Source of the DNA: Auanema rhodensis
Taxonomy: Eukaryota > Animalia > Nematoda
DNA length: 64,000 nt
Direction of reading: 5' to 3'
Assembly (NCBI GenBank): GCA_964057225.1
Contig: OZ059899.1
Span: 6,014,001-6,078,000 of the forward strand
Below, piece by piece: positions 32,044 through 44,146 of this stretch (positions are counted from its first letter, which is position 1; the number at the start of each line of letters is the position of its first letter). A program made the translations under genes and the position numbers. Below the pieces are notes generated by a model. That model was not told the origin of the DNA, ran no database searches, and saw only the letters and a program-made list of their open reading frames with translations.

Positions 32044-32809
32044 ATATTCATTGTATTTATATTTTAAGTATATCTTATATGTTTTTAAATCTAGTCTATA
32101 TTTATAAATAATAATTATAATAATATTAAAAATCTTAAATTTTTAATAAATAATACAATATATTCTAAATTTTAATTTTTGATATGTAATAGGAACTACG
32201 AAGCGTTTGCAAACTTGGAAGAAACGTTAGAATTTTTGTTTCCTCTTGGATTATACAAGCTTCCTTGTTTGAAACACCTATAAGGATGCAGGTGGCAACA
32301 AATACAGAACAGGCCAAAAACTAAAGAACAAATTGACTATGCTCAAGTTTGTTCAGGAGGTTGGAAGGGTTTATTATAGTATCACTAAATAGATATTGCA
32401 GATTACTGCTCATATAATATAGTATTACATTCATTCTATTTTGCTATATATTATAATCAATATTAAAGAAAAAGAAACCAAAAGAAAAAATTTCAATACA
32501 GTTTATGATGCTATAATTTTGAAATCAGCATAACATATAATACAATTTCAATTCAAAGTCAAATGATATACCGTATGACATTGTATAAAAAAATAATTTA
32601 TATTGTATCTTTCAGTGTTCATTTCAGTTTTATAAGCTTCTGGTAATGGTCGTCTCAAGGATCTTTGACAATTTTCGTTTATTCATGATGTGCTTTTAAT
32701 TAATTTATAATTATTAATGATAATAGATTACTTGGAAATATCATTTTGTTTTTTATTTTTAATAAAAACTTTAATTGAAAATAATAAATTTAAAAATACA
32801 TTGTCATAG

Positions 32810-33483
32810 ATGAATCTCGAGTTCTTACCTTGGTTTGCTGGCATCTCAAGTTTTGTGGGAATTATAATCAATACTATTTTCATTATTATAATTAATAAAT
32901 GTCCATCAACTAAAATATCTTCATATAAATATTATTTATATATTTATACAGTTATTGATTTATGTTTAAGTTTTTTTTTTATTTTTAACTTACCGGTAAA
33001 TAAAAAAAAGTTTTATAAGAGTAATAACAACAACATTCAAGGTTTTTCTTGAAAATCATACAATAATAGTTAAAATATCATATGGTCTATCGAGAAATTA
33101 CAATTATATTTGGAGTATGATTCTATTTTATGCACATTGTACATCACTATGTGCTTCTATGCTTATTTTATGCAATTGTTTCATCTATCGCTATATAGCA
33201 TTATGCTCGTAAGATTATTCATAATTAATATAATTTTATTTATTTTCAATTATTAGACATAAAACAGTTCGAATATTTAATCATCCTTTAACAATATCTA
33301 TTATAATATTATTAAATTTATTTGTTTTATTATTTTGGAGTTCAATAGTTCATAGGGGAATAGGTCCTCATCCTTTTATTGAAGAAACAATGAGAGATTA
33401 TATCATGGAAGAGTCTGGAATTGATATTGTTGGCCATTATTATATCGCAATTTCTGCTGAGGTTTGAGTTTTCTTGTTATTAT

Positions 33484-33517
<34 letters not shown>

Positions 33518-34021
33518 ATAAAATACAATTTATTTTAAAATATTTAGTTAACTCATATAGAGTCTAGTAGAATCAAATTTGTTATTGGTATTGTATCATT
33601 TTTTTCTTTGGGAGTTATTACAACAATATGTTGCACAATGGGAATTATAAATAAATTAAAACAACAAGAAGTTTTAAGTGAAAAAGTAAAAAAATATCAT
33701 AAACATATTGTAAAACTTTTACTTATACAGGTGATTGAATTAATTAATTAAATTATTTTTTTTCTTTTTTTTCAGAGTGGTTTACCATTTCTATTTTTAG
33801 AAATTCCTCTTTTAGCTTTTTATTTCTTTCTTTTTGTTTTTGATTATAAATTTCAAAAAGCTCAATTGTTATATTTAACAATAAGCTTTAACCTTCTTCC
33901 AATAGCAAATCCATTAATATCAATGATTTTTCTTAAAGATTATAGAAATTTTATTTTAAGAAAATTTGGAAGTTTGACCAACAACAGTTCAAAAGTTTCA
34001 CGAGCAGAAGAATGTACATAG
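32810..34021 (+). CDS. Serpentine 7TM chemoreceptor (Str-like class)
   Basis: SSYKYYL..YTVIDL, FIYRYIALC, LLIQSGLPFL, PIANPLISMIFLKDYR. Confidence 0.8.
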
Positions 34022-34172
34022 AGTTCTATCCAACCTTGGGGGGGGGGCAAAACAACTGATCAAATTCTTCTTATAATAATGGTCAAAAGCAGATGATCAG
34101 TATAAATATGTCAATAAGAATAACCAAGATGATTTCAATTGAAAATATTTATTTGAAATAAGTTATTTTAAC

Positions 34173-37000
34173 TTAAAAAGTTGTATAACCTTTATGTTCT
34201 TGAGGTAAAGAATGATAAATTCTTTTATATCCTGAACATGAATTCCATTTTGTACATAAATGTCCAATTATAATTCCAAGAATGAATAATATTAATCCTT
34301 TGAATAATGAATAAAATGAGTTTGATTTTGAATAATTTTCAATATCTTCAATCATTTCATTCTAAAAAGAATTATTTTAGTTTATTATAAAATATTATAT
34401 AAACCTTAATGGATATTAATGAAGATTTCTCAGATAAAGTAATATTGTTATCAAACTGTACCATATCATGAAGCCAATAATCCAAAACTTCTCTGAAATT
34501 ATTTAAATTGTTTCAAAAGAAATTGAAAATACTTTTACTTATTATAATGATTATTCATATATGGTTTAAGACCTGTTATTACATTCACATCGATATGCAT
34601 ATAATTATTTTTTTCTCCTTGTAATGAAATCCAATCTATAAAAATAAAATTGTTGTATTTCCTTATTAGTTGCTGATATACTTGAATCTGGAACTCCTGT
34701 TTTTATAAAATTTATAAAGTATTTCACATATAACTTAGATAATACTTGTTCGTTTTCATCTTTTTCAAATGGATGTGTTCCCAATAAATAATATAAATCA
34801 TCTGTATGTTCAGCATGACGAGGATTTTCATAAGAATATAGATAAACCTAATAAGCATAAAATGAATTTAAAACTTTAAACTTTTTATACATTTCCTCCA
34901 GCCTTTCTCATACTTTGAGCAACTTTATGTGCTCCTAAAAATACAGTTTGGGATATATGGCTATGATTAAATTCTGAATAGTAATATTATTAAACGAAAA
35001 AAATATTTCATTTGACTTACTGAACTTTTCAGCTAAAAGATTTTGATCAAAATCTTTTATATATTTCTTCATTACTTCTATTGGATTATGATATGAATGA
35101 AATTTATAATTACTATATTTAGAATTTTGTATTTGCCATGGACCATCATCAGTTATTTCAAAACGAACAGAACCAATTAACAAAGGTCTTTCCTAAATAA
35201 ATTTTTTTAATTCGAAAAATTAAAAGATTTCAACATACAATTGGAGGTTTTTCATAAAAATCTAGGATATTATCAGCATCAAATAAAGGTGGAAGTAATA
35301 AAATTCTATTATTATAAAATTTTTCCACTTCTAACTCACGTTGTATTCTGTAAAATAAACAGAATAATATATACCGTATCCATTAAGCTTTCGATAGATA
35401 GAAGTTGATTACGAACAGTCCAAATATTATTAAAAAAGGTTTTCAATTATTTTTTTCCGGCATAAACAGCAAAATACAATTTTTTTCAAAAAAAATCTTG
35501 GCTCTTTTTCCATATCTATACCCCCCGTTTTAAGCCCCGCCCCTTTTGCCTTTGGGCGCATACTTTTCTACCATTCGGCTTCCCTTCCTAAAACGGGGGG
35601 GGGGTTTGGGGGGGGGTTTCCCCCCCTATGGGGGTAGTTATAATAACTATAATAAACCTTGAATATATTATAATATAAAAACTGAATCATTATTGGTTAT
35701 TGCATCTACATTTTCAACCATTTTTCGTCTAAATGTTTGCTCCAAAAGAACGGTTTCGTACCGAAGCTGATGCCTTTCAATTCTTGCAAGAGAAAGGTAT
35801 AGTCTTTCAGACTAACAAATGTGACCGATGTTAACGACAAATGAGTCTTTCTTTTGCTCGAAATAACCATAAAAGACCGTCAAGACCGGAAATTTAAAAA
35901 AAAAGGGACATTTGTGGATATTTGGATACCACCGTATCTCATATAGGTATTACATTTTAATAAAAGTATGTGCCTAACGGCAAAAGGGGCGGGGCTTAAA
36001 ACGGGGGGTATAGATATGGAAAAAGGGCCAAAATCTTTGTTGGTTTTTTGCTAAGTTTTGTAAACAAAAACATTCATTTTTTTAAATTATGAAATATACT
36101 ATACATGAAAGATGATACCTGAGTAAGTCGTATTGATTAATTTTTCTTAAACAAGATATTGCTTCATGTGTCAAAATATCTTCAGGATTTAGAGGATGAT
36201 TAGTTATTGAACACTAAATAATATAAATTTAATTTAATCATAAATTATTAGAAGAATTAAATAAAAAGTTTACATTCGCCCGATATGTGGCTTCCCAAGA
36301 AAGCTCAAGTGATCGTCTTACATCAGCAAAATATATAGCTGGTGACATTGCAATTAATTTATGAAAAAGTCTATATATCTTATATTACTATAAATTTATT
36401 TTTATATATTTATTTACCTTTTATTAGGATCAATAACTTTACTAAATGCTAATTGAAGTACTTGTTCAGCTCCAGCTGAATGACCCATGATAGTGACATC
36501 ATCAGCATTTCCACCAAAATTATGAATTTCTTTGCGAACAAACTCCAACCCAGCAATCATATCTAAATATTTTATATTTTTTTATATATATATATACATT
36601 AATACCATATGATGCTAAATTTCGTGGAACAACTTTATCTGATTCGAATGTTAATGTAGAAAATAATCCTAAACGGAAAGCTGCCACAACCAAGACAACA
36701 TCTATATTAAAAATTATCCAAATATCATGCAATTATATTATTTGTAAATATATAAATATAAATAATATAAGTTATAATATTACCGTTTCCTGGAAAATTA
36801 TCCAACATAGTTTGATCATCAAACATTACAGCTGAATCCATCATTAGATTTCCACCATGCATAAAGAATACAACTGGACAAGATTTTCTTTTCTAAATTG
36901 AATAAAAATAATTTTAAGATTAAAAAAAAAAGATTTTACTAAGCAAAAATCAGAACTAAAAATATTAAGATGAAGACAATCTTCATCAACCCACTTAGGT
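34173..37000 (-). pseudogene. 5'-truncated copy of the carboxylesterase gene
   Basis: Same exons as 57364-59653 but cut mid-exon at 37000; start codon and first exons are missing. Confidence 0.88.
35500..36029 (+). mobile_element. Non-autonomous Merlin (IS1016/IS1595-like) DNA transposon, 530 bp
   Basis: ~66-bp imperfect TIRs starting GG; 8-bp TSD AAAATCTT (35492-35499, 36030-36037); empty site in the other duplicate near 58683-58690; relic ORF FQFLQEKGI..NKCDRC*RQMSL resembles a Merlin transposase N-terminus. Confidence 0.8.
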
Positions 37001-37344
37001 GGCATTTTTCATTTTAAGTGCATTTTCAGCTTGCTTAAGCATCTTTTCATTGAAAAAATCTTCACTTTTTAAATGAAAAAGTGTCTAAACTCATCAAAAA
37101 TTTACAGCTAATCCCATTTTTTAGATGGAGAAAATCTGTCATTTTACCACAATTTTTCATTAAGTTTGAGCATTTTTGAAAAATTAGAAAATCCCAAAAA
37201 CCCATTCTAAAGTAATCTAACAACCAGAGTGTTTTCAATAAAAAAAATTAAATCCGGAGTTTTATTTGATTCATTTTAAGGCACAAACACGCAAGAGAAG
37301 CCTGATAAAAACAAAGAAATATCAGTGATGGCAAAAACGTTGAG

Positions 37345-38194
37345 TCAAACGTATACGATATAATCAAGCTTGAAGCTCTTGCCTCCTAGCTTGACACAAC
37401 CGGAAGCTTTCTTAACATCTACATTAGGAGCAGTTGAAGCGATGAAAGACTTATGAAATTCCTGGAATAGATGAGCACGATCAAGTTGTGAGAAAGTAGT
37501 AACGAATGCTTCAATATTTTGAATGAGTTCTGAGTATTCCGACATCCGGAAGTTTCCCGAACCGTAAACGTCCTGGTGAAGCCTAAATGTATTTAATCTA
37601 TTAATATAAAGCGAAATAAAAATACCAAAACTCAACCAAAATTAAACAGAAAGTTAGAATTATAAGTCGATTATTCTTTAGGCATAAAAACTCAAACAAC
37701 TTACTTCTCTGCATTACCCCAGCAAGAGTAGCGAAGAAAGCTGCGTCGTTCGAATGGCAGACTGGAACAGTCGATCGCGAAGTCGGAGAAAAAGCGCAGC
37801 CCTTTGTGCGATTTGATGTCGATGTTCCCGCCAGTCAAGTAGAGCTCCTTTACTGCGTATACGGCTCCGAACCAGGCTTTCTCAGCAGACTGTATGATAT
37901 CCGGTGGCGTTAGAGACAGATAGTGACGGGCCTTTGCAAGAAAAGTCGTTGCCGTGTACTTCTCCATGGCTTCCTTAAAACAAAATTATTTCAAAAAAGT
38001 GTTTGTTAACTCATAGTTTTATTTTAGAAAGTTTATTAACATTTATTGAAAAAGAATTGAATAAATTATACCTTGCACTCCCATTGCTCTATGTCATCGA
38101 TCGTCACGTTCTCTTTGAATGTTTCACGCACTTCTTCGAAATCAGAATCTTCAACCCAAACTGCACGTCCGTTAACTAGGAATTTCTTCACCAT
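37345..38194 (-). CDS. PaREP1-like HEPN-domain protein, 3 exons, 209 aa, intact
   Basis: Exons 38194-38072, 37973-37705, 37582-37345 join in frame; FLAKARHYL...IIQSAEKAWFGAVYAVKEL...SHKGL...AEKLHQDVY; TTTCAG acceptor just before the ATG; AATAAA at 37266-37261. Confidence 0.7.
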
Positions 38195-39412
38195 TTTACT
38201 GAAATAAAAAAATAATTTAGTACAGCTAATTAAGAAAAAACAGAAAAATTAATAAGTAAACAAAATTATTATGGAAGAGCAGGATATTGGCAGGTTCTCG
38301 CTTTCCTCTGCGTCTCTGCTCACAGACACGTCTCTCCTTCCACTCTAGCTCAACGCGTTTGCGTGTCGCGTCGGAGTGCGCCTAGTTCAACTGGGGCAAT
38401 TGTGTGACTGTCCTCAGTCAGAGTGAGGAAGAGAAATGAAGGTCACACAAAGAGCAAGAGAAAAAGGGCAAGGTGAAGGTGTCACAAATTGAGAGAACTG
38501 AAGGAGAAAGAGAGAGTCGTTCCATTATGCTCCTACGTATATTGAACAGACCATTGTAGTCTACTCAACTACACGTATAGTATTCCATAAGTGTAGCGGT
38601 ATGGAAACAGAGCATAAGGATGTCATACGATAAGGAAATATATAGATTTATTATTGAAATACAATGTGACTACAATACAATAACACAAGGATAAAGTAAA
38701 CTACATTTAAAAGACAAGGACTAATGTATAAGATTAACTAAGTTAGATACAAACCGTACCATGGGCTTGCAAAGGGGCGAACTCCCGAATAAGGGCATGA
38801 GGGAAGGCGGTGCCATTCCACATTCCTCTAGTCGGTTTGGCTCCTTTTTCAAAGGTTGTCGCGACCTCGCGATATTTTAAACAAAAGTTTGGGCTTATAT
38901 GTAACTGAGTTTTAGAGTTTAAATGTTTCAGATTTACAATAACTATAGTATGGTAGAGTTTTAATTAGTATAAAAACAAAAATTACAATAATTTATAAGA
39001 AGGGTTCAATATAATATAAAAGTAACGATGAATTAGAATATTATTAATTTCATAAATTAATTATCTTAATATTTCCTAATAGAGATGGTAGAATAAGGGG
39101 CTAGTAATGAATGGGAATATGTTATTATTTTGACTAATGGTCTCAAGAAGTACTCATTTCTATATTGAACCGAGATTATGATTTAATAATGTGTCTCCAT
39201 ATGTCTCCCAGAGTGAATCCTTGATTACTAATGGAGACTACTACTTAAGATGAAATTGTGGTTTATACGCCTACCAGTGTTTATCTCATCTTATTTGGGG
39301 AGGCACATGGAGCTCTGATGGTTGTCAAAATGTTTTTTATTGTTACAATATAAACGATTGATCAAATAAATCATTTATTATTAATACAATTGTTTACAAC
39401 AACAGTGAGAAA

Positions 39413-40518
39413 TTATACATTTAAATTTTCTGCATCTATCCATTCATTAAAGTTGTCGGGATAGCCACTCCATTTTACAAATACTTGGCGTTTACCATTT
39501 CGTGTACGCTCTTTCAAAACTTTCTCAATATAGTACTGGTTGCTTTTATTAGTAGCCAACATAAGTTCAGGCTCATAGAATATTCCCTTTATACGTTCAC
39601 CATTATAATCTACAAGTTTATACACGGTTGGGTTCCCGGCTACAATCTCATCAATTGTGAATAGTTCCATTGTATATCCAGACTCGTAACTTTTTTTAAA
39701 AGTACGCCTGTTCTTGCTTATGCGAACATTATCACCAATTTTGAATCGGTTGCGAACAGCTGGTGCATATTCTTCAACGAATATATTTGCTGTAACATCT
39801 ACGGGGCGCATTTTAATCGACCGATTATAAGATTTGTTTATTCCTTCGACCAAGTCATCTAGTATATCAATCCATCGATGATTATTCTTGTAATAGAGAT
39901 ATTTCATCATGCGCGTTTTTAAAGTTCTATTTGCTCGCTCCACCATTGCCGCCTTTTGTGGTGAACTTGTTGATCCATGCAGTATGGCAAATTTTTTGAA
40001 TAGTTTTTCACAATGACTATTATAAAACTCTGCACCGTTATCCGTTATTAGTTGGATTGGTATAAAATCCTTGAATACATTTTCAAATGTAGTAGCAACC
40101 TCTAAACCACCTTTAGTTTTTAAAGGCCTAACATATAACATGCGTGTATAAACATCAATCATGGTCAGCATGTAAGCATAGCCGTCATTTGATTTTTTAT
40201 ATTTTTGCATATCAACCAAATCTGCTTGCATTGTTAGGAATCGACTACAGCCTCTAGTTTTTTAGTCTGCATATGCAGTCTGGTTGGTTTATGACGTGTA
40301 AAAGTTTCAGAGTCTTGCAAAAAACTTTCAACTTGTGCTTTTACGATGCCATGCTTTCGCGCTTCCAATAATAAATTTTTCGCAGACGTATAAGAAGCTG
40401 GATGCTTAATGTTATAATAAATGTTCTCCAAAACATTAATTGCATAATCTAATGTAGAATCGTTTACGGCCTTTGCCATTCTGGGTTTCTCCCGCCTGAG
40501 GTGTGTAATATGATTCAC
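39413..40518 (-). pseudogene. Maverick A integrase with chromodomain, frameshifted near 40258
   Basis: QADLVD, ITDNGAEF, MVERANRT DDE motifs; 1-nt deletion relative to the copy B integrase splits the ORF. Confidence 0.88.
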
Positions 40519-40991
40519 CAGTGTCAGCGGGTTTTGCCTTTTTATTTATAGCTTTGGATTTGAATGTACGACGCGGAGAGGGTGAATATCGAATAACAGC
40601 CTTACGATGACATGGTGTTCTAGGTAATATATTAATAGTAGCATCCAAGTCTGTGACAGCCGATGTGGATATAGGCACGGGATCAACTGAATCCTTGTTA
40701 CTGACGGCAGGCTCTACATTTTTTGTCTTCTTGTTAGGGCTAGAGACCCCATTACTGCCAAAAATTTGGCTAATACTGAGAATCCATTGGGTTCCGTTCT
40801 TGTTTTATCCAGTACAAAATCCAAAATTTTTGTAATATTTGTATTTGGTACGGGCTCATTATTAATCACAAGTTGGTTATTTTTGTTTGTACGCACCTCT
40901 GGAAATCGTTCTTCAATTCAGCATCAAACTTGTCTATATTCAGCGTTTCATCATCAACAGGTATTAGACGATATTTATGATTGAGTTTCAT
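40436..40991 (-). pseudogene. Maverick A copy of the 245-aa ORF, with internal deletion and frameshifts
   Basis: Aligns to 45469-46206 but lacks about 185 nt near 40908. Confidence 0.8.
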
Positions 40992-41307
40992 CTTTTAAAA
41001 CCAAAATAAGCAATTTCACATGAAACTATTGTTTTCAATTGTTTGTGTGAAATCGTTGCCAATAACGTTTTTTTTTTGTTTTAGCCTTTTCGGGTGTGCG
41101 TATCAAAGCTATTTGACGTAATAAAGAGGATATGGGCAAAAGGGTTTTATATTCCTTGTTAGTTAAGAGAAAATTATTATTTTTCACAATATTAAATACA
41201 ATTTCAACAATAATTTCAATTTGTGAAAAAGAAAATGAGGAAACAGAACAAGGGGTTTTGGCACAAGAAGATAAAAAGTTGTAATTTGACAAAATACGAC
41301 CACTCAT
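40988..41307 (-). pseudogene. Maverick A small conserved ORF, frameshifted by a T-run insertion
   Basis: Aligns to 46203-46511; extra T-rich insert near 41065-41078. Confidence 0.75.
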
Positions 41308-41319
41308 TGAACATGCACA

Positions 41320-41815
41320 TTAAACACTGAATATATTTCTAGATACATAAACAATAGGGTGCTCCGCTGTTATATCTGATAGTATACGCTGTTTCTCATT
41401 TGTTAAAGGATGGTTGTCAATCAGTAAATGACTATAGGGTGTAGACATTGTATCATCATATGCTTCTAGAGCATTTTTAAAGCGGGGGCCAAATAATTGT
41501 TGCAGACAATTGCGTATTTGTAATATATCCGAATGACTTTTCATTAGTATTATATATGTACTATTAATTCGACTGGTCCTGTCGAGCTGAAATGCAGCTT
41601 GCACAAGATTAAACACTGCCAAATTCCAGTGATGTGCCCACACTGTAAAAATGTTGTTGAGTAATTCTTTAGCCGCTTTATTCGATGAGAAAAAATTCAT
41701 CAAATCATCCAGCACTAGTATGGTGTTTACTCCCTTTTGCTCTTTTATTATATCCGGATCAGGTGGTCCTCGAATAACTATTAAACGCTCATCATTTAAT
41801 GGAGCACCTGACGAT
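41320..41815 (-). pseudogene. Maverick A packaging ATPase, C-terminal half; interrupted by Maverick B
   Basis: Walker B LDDLM; Walker A part absent beyond 41815. Confidence 0.85.
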
Positions 41816-41851
41816 AGTAGAGAGCCATGCCGAATTTACTAACCACGCCCC
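41816..41851 (+). repeat. Maverick B left terminal inverted repeat (matched part)
   Basis: AGTAGAGAGCCATGCCGAATTTACTAACCACGCCCC, exact reverse complement of 54241-54276; 5'-AG start typical of Polintons. Confidence 0.95.
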
Positions 41852-41855
41852 CAAA

Positions 41856-41965
41856 CAGTTGCTAAAAACATACTTTTGGGGGCGTCAGCTGCTAAAAACA
41901 TACTTTTGGGGGCGTCAGCTGTCAAAATCATATTTTCGGCGTCAGGTGTCAAAAATATACTTTTC
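41856..41965 (+). repeat. Subterminal ~30-bp tandem repeats of Maverick B
   Basis: gctaaaaacatacttttgggggcgtcagct twice plus degenerate copies. Confidence 0.85.
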
Positions 41966-43330
41966 CTCCCGATGCAGGCTCTCGAGCCTGCGCATGAATC
42001 AAAATGCATGATTTTTTTTTAAATCTTTTTAAAAATTATTTTTTAATGTATTTTAAATGAATTTTTATTATTTATATATTTGTTAATTGTATTTGTAAAT
42101 ATTTTTAAACTTATTTCTTTTTGAATGTATTTTTAATATTTATATATGTTTTAAATATTATTATTTAATTATTTCTTTTTAAATATATTTTTAAACTTAT
42201 TTCTTTTTAAATGTATTTGATATTAATATATTTTTTAATTGTATCTTTAAAACTGAATAAATTATTTCTCATATATATTGTTTTTTTTATTTATTTAAAT
42301 AAATTTAAAAGGTAATCAATACGTTCACTGTACCTCTTATGGGTTAATCAATGGAACTCATATCGAAGGTTAATTCGATAAGAAGTAATAAATATTTAAA
42401 CTAAATTTAATGAAACACATATCGAAGGTTAATTCGATAAGATCGTTAAAACAGGTGCACTACACATGTACCACATGGCAAAAGTTGTGTTCATAAAAAT
42501 ATGATAAATAGCTGTACACCACATGTACCTATAACGCTAAAGAATACTTACTATGCCAAGGGGTCATGAGTATATACGAATATTTTCAAACTTTTTAGCA
42601 TCAAAAAATGTTACTTTAAAGTAATTGTTGTTGTAGCCCTAATAGTTTATAAATGTTCTGATAGCTAATGTATTTCATAACTATGTTCAAGAATAGAATA
42701 AATGTTTCGTAATATATTTATTGAACAATAAATTTTCATTTAAAATTAGAACATGTGTTAACATTTTGTAAGAGTTTCTTTTTTACAAAGTGTCTGGAAA
42801 TGTTGTACTTGTAATCGGATGTGTACAAGTCTGTTTTTCGCAACAATCCTGCGTTTCCTCAGAAGGATCCAACATTTTGAATTAGTGTTTCCTAAACTAT
42901 AAAAATAAGAGTGTACCACAGCTGTTATAATAAGAATATGAATACAATATTAAACGATCCTATTGTAATATTCCACAATTTTGGCTGACAGTTGTTATTG
43001 TATAAGGACTTGTCACAAATGAGTTGAATTATTGTTAAATGTTTGGATTTACGAAATCGAATGCTGTAACAAGTAATTAATAAGCGGTTAGTTTACAGGT
43101 TGCTAATCCGGCAACTGTTGGCGCAATCGGTGAATTTTAGCGCATTTGGCAGCTGTTTGCGCAACAAACTGCTAATTAATGTATAAATGCATATATTTGT
43201 TGTAATATATAACAAATAGAAAAGCCGCATACAGCAGTCAACTGTTTTGTGAAAGAGGCGGAGTGGGTAGCGCTTTACAACAAAGTTTGTATAAAAGGTG
43301 GCAAAATTTTTTAGACCGAAATTTGCATTT

Positions 43331-43455
43331 CAGCTCCGCCAACAAGTCGACTCTACGATCCAGCTCTGTCAACAAGTCTACTCTCCGATCCAGCTCCGCC
43401 ACCAAGTCTTCTCGCCGATCCACCTCTGCCAACAAGCCGACGATCTGATCCAACG
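43331..43455 (+). repeat. 30-bp tandem repeat, 4 copies
   Basis: cagctccgccaacaagtcgactctacgatc-like units at 43331, 43361, 43391, 43421. Confidence 0.85.
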
Positions 43456-43552
43456 TCAACAGACTGCTGCTAGGACTTTCCTCTACTCTACTTGGACCCT
43501 AGACGTAAAAGTTCGTTGTTCTTTAGGAAAAGCCTCTAATTGGGCTACAAAC

Positions 43553-44146
43553 ATGAAGCGTTCCGCTCTTGTTGATGTAGAGAATATTGTACCTTCGACA
43601 CCGGAACCGGATGTTTCAAGACCACCCACACCAGGACCCAACTTTGCTGCCACATTCTTTGGTAAGGTTTTATTTTTGTTATTAATTATTTTTTGTTTAG
43701 ATACACCAAAAAAGCAGGTACAAATCTCAAAGGATAGCTCTCCACAACAGCCTGTAGTTATGAGACCAATATGTCTCTGCAAAACTTGTAGGGATACATT
43801 GCAAGTCGTAGACGAGTACCACTGTTTCAGCCTCTGTGTCAAGTGTAGAGCGAGGAATGATGCCTTAGGGCTTTTAAAAGTTTTCCGTCATTATAAACCT
43901 GAAAATTCAACAATCAATGTGAGATTATGAAATTATTAATTCTAATTATTATTTTTTCTTTTACAGATGCGTTCCTATTCTAGCATGTCATCAAAACAAT
44001 TGTTGAATAATATGGGTTACATTGCCATTTATACTGATGAGTCAACTGTCAAGTCTTTTGGTTATAAGCAGAATGTGTTCTACTTTAAATTAAGTCAACA
44101 GGCGCTCAACTTGAATATGCTTATCCGTTTTGATCCATCGTTTTGA
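43553..44146 (+). CDS. Spliced Maverick B accessory/cargo gene with CxxC-CxxC motif
   Basis: Introns 43662-43700 and 43919-43966 (GT-AG) join in frame; CLCKTC...CFSLCVKC; true 5' and 3' ends uncertain. Confidence 0.5.

Larger units (their letters stand above)
33700..37000 (+). repeat. Left copy of a 2.76-kb direct segmental duplication (plus Merlin insertion)
   Basis: Matches 56890-59653; the only differences seen are the 35500-36029 insertion with its TSD and one G in a homopolymer. Confidence 0.95.
39332..41815 (-). mobile_element. Maverick/Polinton fragment A (integrase, two small ORFs, 3' half of ATPase), degenerate
   Basis: Near-identical to 44364-46996; ends abruptly at the AGTAGAGAG terminus of Maverick B. 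Confidence 0.93.

Noticed and set aside
32190-32380. Locally GC-richer patch between the transporter and the GPCR
   Set aside because: No usable ORF, termini or motif
37001-37015. GGCATTTTTC at the island's left edge resembles the Merlin TIR start
   Set aside because: Similarity ends within about 10 nt; no partner TIR or TSD
38750-38870. GC-rich segment considered as an HDV-like or hammerhead ribozyme
   Set aside because: Required helices and catalytic cores could not be placed on either strand
41810-41815. Joining Maverick B's flanks gives GAT|CACCAG, restoring Gypsy D-H-Q, as if B inserted without a TSD
   Set aside because: The left flank matches the Maverick ATPase continuously (compare 46991-46996), so the 3-nt match is probably coincidence
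41856-43455. 30-bp repeats as a CRISPR array
   Set aside because: Head-to-tail repeats without unique spacers, in a eukaryotic transposon with no cas genes
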